In this document: positions 8,591-14,061 of the stretch, in pieces
Layout: the number at the start of each line of letters is the position of its first letter
Numbering within the stretch: the stretch's first letter is position 1
NCBI GenBank assembly: GCA_039208735.1
Contig: JBCCQY010000198.1
Span: 1 to 14,061 of the forward strand
DNA length: 14,061 bases
Source of the DNA: Myxococcota bacterium
GTDB lineage: Bacteria > Myxococcota_A > UBA796 > GCA-2862545
Reading direction: 5' to 3'
Made by a program: the position numbers and the translations under genes
Notes under the pieces: model-generated
What the model was told of the DNA's origin: nothing
Seen by the model: the letters and a program-made list of their open reading frames with translations, nothing else
The model's database searches: none

Positions 8591-9027
8591 TGAACCAGGA
8601 CGTGACCTGGCTTTCGGGCAGCTGCCATTGTGGCGCAGTCCGTTACCAGGTCGCGGTCCGACCGGAGCCTCGCATCGCGGTGGACTGCAACTGCTCGATG
8701 TGTCGGCGCCGGGGCTTTCTGCATTACTTCGTGATGCCCGAGGGTCTACGCATCGAGGGTCGGGACACGCCGCCGGATCCCACCGCCGATGATCCCGCGA
8801 TCGATGCGCTCTGCGAATACCGCTTCGGCACCCGTACGGCGCGCCATTGGTTCTGTCGAACCTGCGGCATCGCCCCGTTCTACGTCCCTCGGTCCCATCC
8901 CGATGGCTTTTCGGTGAACCTGCGAACACTCGAATCGCCTGACGACCTCCGCACGTTCGCCATCGAGCCGTTCGATGGCGAGCATTGGGAAGCTTCGATT
9001 GCGGCGTTGCGAAAGGCAAATCCCTAA
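8590..9027 (+). CDS. GFA family (glutathione-dependent formaldehyde-activating/CENP-V-like) zinc-binding protein
   Basis: Motifs GSCHCGAVRY, DCNCSMC, HWFCRTCGI, PRSHPDGFSVN and FDGEHWE. GTG start overlaps the upstream TAG; GTG at 8602 is an alternative start. Confidence 0.93.
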   Translation: MNQDVTWLSGSCHCGAVRYQVAVRPEPRIAVDCNCSMCRRRGFLHYFVMPEGLRIEGRDTPPDPTADDPAIDALCEYRFGTRTARHWFCRTCGIAPFYVPRSHPDGFSVNLRTLESPDDLRTFAIEPFDGEHWEASIAALRKANP

Positions 9028-9950
9028 AGCAGAAGTCCCTGGTCGGGGGTGAGGTCCGCCCGCAGGTCCGTTTCGCCAAGGCGGGCGCGCAAGTCGTTTT
9101 CGATCATGCGCGACAGCTGGGACAACGGGAGGTCGTGGGGGTCTTCCTCAAAGGGATTCTCGAGCTGAGACCCAATCACGTCGAGGCCCAAGAACGCGTA
9201 GGCGACCATCGTGGTGACCACCGGCGTGAAATCCCCGACGTGGTGCAAGATGCCGAATGGCAGGGCGATGACGTACAACGCCACGATGCGATGGGTCAGT
9301 TCGGTGTACGACAGGGGCACCGGGGTGTTCTTGATTCGCTCGCAGGCTCCTTGGATGTCCAGGAATCGGCTGCTGATGTGCTCGAGCATGGGCAAGTGGT
9401 ACTCGGAGAGCCAGCCCCGATCGAAGGCGCCGCGGTGCCGTTCGGCCATGGTCTGCACGATGGCCATCGGCTTGTTGCGCTCGGTCACCAGACCCTGGCG
9501 CTCTGCGGCGGGCAGGAACATGCCGAGTTCTTCCCAGCGTGGCTGGCCTCGCAGGTGGAGTCGCAGGCCATGGACGAACGCAATGGCCCGATAGACCAAC
9601 GACCGCTGCATGACTTTCACTTCGGGATCGTCGCCGCTGATGAGCGTCAGCACGAGTCGCACGTAGCTCCGAGACTCATTGACAAGTTGTCCCCAGAGTT
9701 TTCGGCCTTCCCACCATCGGTCGTAGCAGGCGTTGTTGCGAAACGCCAGGAAGATCGCGAGGGTCAAGCCCAGGATGCTGAACGGCGTGGCCGTGAAATC
9801 CACCCAACTCAAGTCGTAGGTGTGGTTGGCCCACGTCAGTACGCTCGAGAAGGCCAGCACGCCCAAGAGAAAGGGCCACGTCTGAGAAAGCGCACTGCCC
9901 TGCCACGTGAAAAGCAGGGTGGGGAACTCGCGCTTGGGTTTGATGAGCAT
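9024..9950 (-). CDS. Bacterial bestrophin family ion channel (YneE-like)
   Basis: Start placed at ATG 9950 after AGGAG. Motifs LAIFLAFRNNACYDRWWEGRKLWGQLVN, GACERIKNTPVP and LENPFEEDPHDLPL. 308 aa. Confidence 0.95.
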   Translation of the reverse strand: MLIKPKREFPTLLFTWQGSALSQTWPFLLGVLAFSSVLTWANHTYDLSWVDFTATPFSILGLTLAIFLAFRNNACYDRWWEGRKLWGQLVNESRSYVRLVLTLISGDDPEVKVMQRSLVYRAIAFVHGLRLHLRGQPRWEELGMFLPAAERQGLVTERNKPMAIVQTMAERHRGAFDRGWLSEYHLPMLEHISSRFLDIQGACERIKNTPVPLSYTELTHRIVALYVIALPFGILHHVGDFTPVVTTMVAYAFLGLDVIGSQLENPFEEDPHDLPLSQLSRMIENDLRARLGETDLRADLTPDQGLLL

Positions 9951-10073
9951 CCGTACTCCTGGTGGTCCTCGCCACCTTGATCTGTCCGTACCCGGGTTGA
10001 CGGTGCGGCGGCCGACGAATCGGAGCGACCGACGGTTCGAGCGCCTCGTTTGGCGGCTCGAGGTCCCGACGGT

Positions 10074-11000
10074 ATGCGCTTTGACGTGCAGCGCGTCAAT
10101 TCCCCGCCCCCCATCCGGCTTGGCGACGGCCGGCTCCAGTACGTCCGCCGTGGGCTGAGGGATCGCCCGTGGCGCGACCTGTACCACTTCGTTTTGCTGG
10201 CCAGTTGGCCGGTGTTTCTGTTGTGGTCATCGCTTGCGTACTTGGCCGTCAATCTTGTCTTCGCAATCCTGTTTCTCGCAGGTGGAGACTGCTTCAATGG
10301 CACGAATGGGGGCACGGTCGTCGAAGCCTTTTCGTTTTCCGTCCAGACCCTGACGACGATCGGCTACGGCTCGATGACGCCAACTACCCCCTACGCCCAC
10401 ATGGTGGTGGCCCTCGAAGGGCTCGTGGGCATCATTGGGGCCGCTTTGCTCGCGGGCGTGTGCTTTGCGAAGGTGAGCCGGCCCCAAGCGCGGGTCGAGT
10501 TTTCGAATGTGGCCACGGTGCACACGATGAACGGCCGGCCCTGCCTGTCGTTTCGTATTGCCAACCAGCGAAATAGCCGCATCGTGGACGCCCACATGCA
10601 GCTGTACGCGTTGATCGATCTCACCACGAAGGAAGGGGAGCACATGCGCCGCTTCTTTCCGTTGCGCCTCGAACGGGAGCGGACCCCCTTGTTCCTGCTC
10701 ACGTGGACCGTGATGCACTTCCTCGACGGCGATTCTCCGCTGCATGGGCTCACGCCTGAAAATGCTTCGGAGCGGATGGCTTCCTTGGTTGCGACCGTCA
10801 CCGGAGTGGACGAGGGCTTCGTCCAACAGGTGCATGCCCAGCAGTATTACTTGCCTGAACGAGTGTTGTTCGACCGTCGCTTCGTCGACATCATCGACAA
10901 CTTCGACGGGGTCCTCGAGATCCACCACGACCGCCTCCACGAGACCATGCCCGATCCGTCGGTGTCGGTTACGGACGCGGCTGTGCAGGGAGCACCTTGA
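10074..11000 (+). CDS. Inward-rectifier potassium channel (KirBac-like)
   Basis: Slide helix WRDLYH, two TM helices, pore/filter FSVQTLTTIGYG, Kir cytoplasmic domain FAKVSRPQARVEFS...FRIANQR...LTWTVMHFLDGDSPLHG...RFVDI. ATG 10074 chosen; TTG 10050 is possible. Confidence 0.95.
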   Translation: MRFDVQRVNSPPPIRLGDGRLQYVRRGLRDRPWRDLYHFVLLASWPVFLLWSSLAYLAVNLVFAILFLAGGDCFNGTNGGTVVEAFSFSVQTLTTIGYGSMTPTTPYAHMVVALEGLVGIIGAALLAGVCFAKVSRPQARVEFSNVATVHTMNGRPCLSFRIANQRNSRIVDAHMQLYALIDLTTKEGEHMRRFFPLRLERERTPLFLLTWTVMHFLDGDSPLHGLTPENASERMASLVATVTGVDEGFVQQVHAQQYYLPERVLFDRRFVDIIDNFDGVLEIHHDRLHETMPDPSVSVTDAAVQGAP

Positions 11001-11707
11001 TGAGTACGGAATCCACGGGTTCGTCGAGCGAAGAAACCGGCGCTGCGGCCGCGCCAGCTCAAGATGGGACGGCGGATGCGCTTGCGGCCATCCTCGCGCG
11101 TCTCGATCAGCTCGAAACCAAGATCGACGCTGCACACACGGCGGCCCAAGAGGCCAAGGCGGCGGCGAGCGTCGAACCTGGTCCGCCTACGAATGGTGCG
11201 GGAGCCCCCATCGCAGTGGCTCAGCTCCATGACCCTGACGTCCAAGCCGGCCTCGGACGAATCCTCGAGCGCATCGATCGCGTCGAGGCCATGGTCGAGG
11301 CGCTGGGCACGTTCGCCGAGCGTCTGCCGGTGATTGGGGATGCCATGGGGCACATGGCGCGCCTCGGCTACGAACAGGCCCAGGCCAAAGGCATCGATCC
11401 CATCGCCACCGGCCAGCGCGCGCTCGATCTTGGATTGTCCGCGGCGTCGCCGCAGACGTTCGACCTGCTCGAGAAGCTTCTGCAAAAGCAGGGCACGCTC
11501 ATGGCGCTGCTCGATGCGGTCGAAGATCTCGAGGACGACAACTTGGCCGCAGTGGGAACCGCGCTTGTCGAGACCTACCGGTCGCCGATTCCCATGGCGG
11601 GGCCACTGCGGGCGTTCTTCGCGCTAGGCGACCCCGACATCATGCGTACCGTCGGGTTCACCCTCGAGTTTGCGAAGAAGCTGGGCTCGAAGCTTCGGGC
11701 AGATTGA
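11000..11707 (+). CDS. DUF1641 domain-containing helical protein
   Basis: TGATG coupling to the K+ channel stop (TTG 10997 is an alternative start). Heptad-like N-terminal helices (LAAILARLDQLETKIDA). C-terminal GPLRAFFALGDPDIMRTVGFTLEFAKKLG resembles the DUF1641 motif. Confidence 0.75.
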   Translation: MSTESTGSSSEETGAAAAPAQDGTADALAAILARLDQLETKIDAAHTAAQEAKAAASVEPGPPTNGAGAPIAVAQLHDPDVQAGLGRILERIDRVEAMVEALGTFAERLPVIGDAMGHMARLGYEQAQAKGIDPIATGQRALDLGLSAASPQTFDLLEKLLQKQGTLMALLDAVEDLEDDNLAAVGTALVETYRSPIPMAGPLRAFFALGDPDIMRTVGFTLEFAKKLGSKLRAD

Positions 11708-12607
11708 TCAACACGGCCGACGCGGGCGTTCGCCGAGCTTCACGGACCGCTCGACCACCGCGCCGGCTCGTACCAGCGAAAGGGCCACCGTCGTCCCCGC
11801 GCCCTTGGCGGTGAGTAGGCCGATGAGGTGGCGAAGTCCGGTGACGGACTGACCGTCGATGGACAACAACGCATCGCCAACCGCCACGTCTGCGGATTCG
11901 CCTGGACCACCCGGCTCGACCGATACTGCGAGTAGCACATCGTGCTGCCCAGCGGCTCGGGCCGCGTCGCCAGATAGCGTTCCAGGCTGGAATCCAACGC
12001 CCAGATAGCCGGGTGTCACGGTGCCGTGGGCCTCGAGATGGGGCACCACGCGTTTTAGCGTGGCGGCTGGCACCACTGCGCCACGATGCGTAAGGCCGGC
12101 CGTGTCGAGGCCCGCGAAGGTGCCGGCGGTCGTCAGCAGTCCCCCTCCCGACATGAAGGGAGCCAGCGTGGCGTCCACCTCGATCCACTCGTCGATCTGG
12201 CCGCCCCGCGAGGTCTGCCAGCCTCCCGAGCGGTCGCTGATGAGGCCCAACGCGGTCTGGATACGTCCGCCGCTCCGACCGGTGAGCACGACGAAGTTCC
12301 CCACACGGAGCGTGCTTGCATCGTCGAGCCACGTCGCGGGCTGTAGCCCGCCCTTGGCCACCTTCAGAAGAGCGAGGTCGGTGGAATAGTCGCGGCCCAC
12401 GATCACCGCGGCCCGTTCTTCACCAGAGGGCAAGACGACGACGATGCCTTCGTCCCGCCGAACTGCATGGCTGGTCGTGATGATGCGGTCTTCCGACCAC
12501 ACGAGGCCCGAATGGGGGCGACGTCCGCCCCGGACCTCGACCACCGCGCTCTGCGCACGTTCGACGAGGTCGGCGAGGTCTTCCGAAAACTGATGAATGC
12601 TAGACAC
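11708..12607 (-). CDS. S1C (HtrA/DegP-like) trypsin-like serine protease with one C-terminal PDZ domain, no signal peptide
   Basis: GTG 12607 after GGAG. SAVVEV, triad motifs ITTSHAV (His), TDLALL (Asp) and APFMSGGGLL (Ser). PDZ GYLGVGF...VEPGGPG...GDALLSIDG. 299 aa. Confidence 0.9.
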   Translation of the reverse strand: MSSIHQFSEDLADLVERAQSAVVEVRGGRRPHSGLVWSEDRIITTSHAVRRDEGIVVVLPSGEERAAVIVGRDYSTDLALLKVAKGGLQPATWLDDASTLRVGNFVVLTGRSGGRIQTALGLISDRSGGWQTSRGGQIDEWIEVDATLAPFMSGGGLLTTAGTFAGLDTAGLTHRGAVVPAATLKRVVPHLEAHGTVTPGYLGVGFQPGTLSGDAARAAGQHDVLLAVSVEPGGPGESADVAVGDALLSIDGQSVTGLRHLIGLLTAKGAGTTVALSLVRAGAVVERSVKLGERPRRPC

Positions 12608-12682
12608 GAGGTCTCCGTGGGTGTTGCTTGCGTTTTCACCCGAAGAGGGGCCTCTGTGACATTCCCTGTCTTTCCGGAGCCG

Positions 12683-12700
12683 CCTCCCCGTTTGGGGAGG
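12683..12700. other. GC-rich inverted repeat between the lipoprotein and protease genes
   Basis: CCTCCCC-GTTT-GGGGAGG, a 7-bp stem 20 nt downstream of the lipoprotein stop. No U-tract follows on the minus strand, so not called as a terminator. Confidence 0.4.
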
Positions 12701-12719
12701 GACCTCCCTGCCTTCGCAG

Positions 12720-12968
12720 CTACTCCGTTGCCTTGGACTCGCAAAACAGGTCGTCCGTGCAAGTGATCTGGCCATTGGGGCCACACCCGCAGCTCGCGCA
12801 CCCATCATCCGAGACGAACTGGTCGCCCGGGCAGTACTCAGGATCCCCCATGGCATCGGTGTAGATGCACACGGGAATGATGTCACCGTCGGCGTCCGTG
12901 CCGCAGGGGCCCTCGTCTTCGCAGGCCATCGCGAACAAGGCCATCACCCACACCCATCCCCATCGCAT
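12720..12968 (-). CDS. Small acidic Cys-rich lipoprotein with a pacifastin/VWC-like motif
   Basis: GGAGG RBS, ATG 12968 (or GTG 12971). Signal MRWGWVWVMALFAMA-C (lipobox-like), eight further Cys, C-terminal CPGDQFVSDDGCASCGCGPNGQITCTDDLFC. 82 aa with GC-rich third codon positions. Confidence 0.8.
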   Translation of the reverse strand: MRWGWVWVMALFAMACEDEGPCGTDADGDIIPVCIYTDAMGDPEYCPGDQFVSDDGCASCGCGPNGQITCTDDLFCESKATE

Positions 12969-13112
12969 CACGGCGTCCTCCCGACCCGGTTTCGGCACCC
13001 CGCCCCGGCCGCCGTGCAGCTTACAGGCGCAAGCGCCGGGTGTCGATCGAAACGCCATGACATTTCCTCGCAATCTTGCATTTTGCGTAGATGGCAAGCG
13101 AGTTGGTGTCTG

Positions 13113-13130
13113 AATACGAAGGTTCGTATT
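13113..13130. promoter_or_regulatory. Perfect 8-bp inverted repeat, candidate transcription-factor operator
   Basis: AATACGAA-GG-TTCGTATT in an AT-richer divergent intergenic region, followed immediately by TGcGATAAT (extended -10-like, + strand, 13131-13139). Confidence 0.5.
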
Positions 13131-13268
13131 TGCGATAATTCGCCTTCAACGTTGCTTGTCTGAAGCTCGGGTTGCGGGCTTGTCGCTCCAGCGAATGGCG
13201 ATCCCTGCCGATGGGATTTCCGCGGGTTGGGCTCATCGCGGGTACCATCCTGAATGGAGGAGAGGAGC

Positions 13269-13820
13269 ATGCTCGGGCTTTTCATGGCAAGTCTGGTGCT
13301 CTCGGCGGCGGTGGCAGGGACCTCGCTGCTGGCCACCCACTCTTCCACCTCCGCGGCGCATCCCCTTCGCTACTGGACGCTTCAGCTCGCTGGATTCGGG
13401 ATCGTGGGACTTCCCCTGGCCTTGGTCGGCGTCACGCCCTGGCTGGCCTTGCTGCTGGCCTTGGCGATCGGGGGATTGTTCGCTCGCGGCGTGCAGCCCC
13501 TGCTTACCGACCAGACGGAAGACACGGGCTTGGATTGGCTGGCCGGTTCATGGGGGCGGGTGGTTCTGCCCATTCGAGGTCGGCGCGGCAAAGTCGCGGT
13601 GCAAACAGCACGGGGGCGCATCGAACTGCCCGCTACGACCGACGAGGACCGCCTGATCGCACGGGGCACAAACGTGTTCGTGGCGTTTGTGGAACACGGC
13701 CGGGCACACGTGGTTCACTTGCGATCGTCACAACGCCCGACCCCGTCCCTCGGTGAGCAGAACGCCGTTCTGCGCAACGATTTCACCGAGCAGGATGGTC
13801 GTGACAGGCCAGCCTTGTAG
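13269..13820 (+). CDS. NfeD-like membrane protein (N-terminal TM helices + C-terminal OB-fold-like domain)
   Basis: GGAGG 8 nt upstream of ATG 13269. About three hydrophobic segments, then LAGSWGRVVLPI...GKVAVQ...IELPA...IARGTNVFVAFVEHGRAHV, matching the short NfeD C-terminal pattern. Confidence 0.7.
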   Translation: MLGLFMASLVLSAAVAGTSLLATHSSTSAAHPLRYWTLQLAGFGIVGLPLALVGVTPWLALLLALAIGGLFARGVQPLLTDQTEDTGLDWLAGSWGRVVLPIRGRRGKVAVQTARGRIELPATTDEDRLIARGTNVFVAFVEHGRAHVVHLRSSQRPTPSLGEQNAVLRNDFTEQDGRDRPAL

Positions 13821-14061
13821 GCGACGACCTTCGTAGGGAGACCATCCACACGAAGGGGAGAATGGGGCGTCGAGCCCGACCGTCCGCGCGCAATCGAGGT
13901 CGACGAGCACCAGATCGCCGTCGTACCCTGTTTCGAGGCGGCCCTTTCGCGCGATCCCGAAGGCGCGGGCGGGGCGTTCCGCGGCGAATGCGGCCAGTTC
14001 GGACAGGCTGCGCCCCGAGGTGTGGGCTTCGTGAAGCAACAACGGCAGCAGCAGACCGAGC
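13728..14061 (-). CDS. pyrC: Dihydroorotase-like cyclic amidohydrolase, C-terminal part (5' end outside the window)
   Basis: Frame open to the window edge: LLPLLLH...PARAFGIARKGRLETGYDGDLVLVD...CGWSPYEGRRLQGWPVTTILLGEIV. An allantoinase or dihydropyrimidinase paralogue cannot be excluded from this fragment. Confidence 0.78.
   Translation of the reverse strand, partial: LGLLLPLLLHEAHTSGRSLSELAAFAAERPARAFGIARKGRLETGYDGDLVLVDLDCARTVGLDAPFSPSCGWSPYEGRRLQGWPVTTILLGEIVAQNGVLLTEGRGRAL

Noticed and set aside
9961..9976. GGTGG-N6-CCACC hairpin just upstream of the bestrophin RBS
   Set aside because: Only a 5-bp stem in GC-rich DNA and it does not cover the RBS; expected by chance.
9951..10187. 79-aa N-terminal extension of bestrophin overlapping the K+ channel
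   Set aside because: A strong AGGAG precedes ATG 9950 and the extension would overlap a clear gene on the other strand.
12608..12886. 93-aa N-terminal extension of the protease
   Set aside because: It is an out-of-frame read of the lipoprotein gene; GGAG and GTG 12607 give a better start.
1..14061. CRISPR arrays, tRNA/rRNA genes, transposases, integrases, phage or defence genes
   Set aside because: No repeat-spacer periodicity, cloverleaf-like sequence or matching protein motifs seen by eye.

Overview
GC-rich bacterial DNA, densely coding; the gene set (Cys-rich lipoprotein, Gld-like ABC operon) suggests Myxococcota or a related lineage, by inference only. From left to right: (-) a type I secretion/efflux-like module, with an HlyD adaptor truncated at the window edge and an ABC transporter whose peptidase-like domain and ATPase motifs are degenerate; a ~700 bp divergent region with a palindrome over a sigma70-like promoter; (+) a coupled operon of a GldA-like ATPase, a GldF-GldG fusion, a DUF4340 protein and a GFA protein; a divergent pair of ion channels, bestrophin (-) and a KirBac-type K+ channel (+), the latter coupled to a DUF1641 protein; (-) a small Cys-rich pacifastin/VWC-like lipoprotein followed by a signal-less HtrA-like protease with a PDZ domain; a second divergent region with an 8-bp inverted repeat; (+) an NfeD-like membrane protein with no SPFH partner; and (-) the 3' end of a dihydroorotase-like amidohydrolase. 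I saw no rRNA, tRNA, CRISPR array or mobile element. Family calls rest on motifs recognised by eye, not on database searches. The best leads are the inhibitor-like lipoprotein next to a serine protease, the anion/cation channel pair with DUF1641, and the degenerate ABC exporter.
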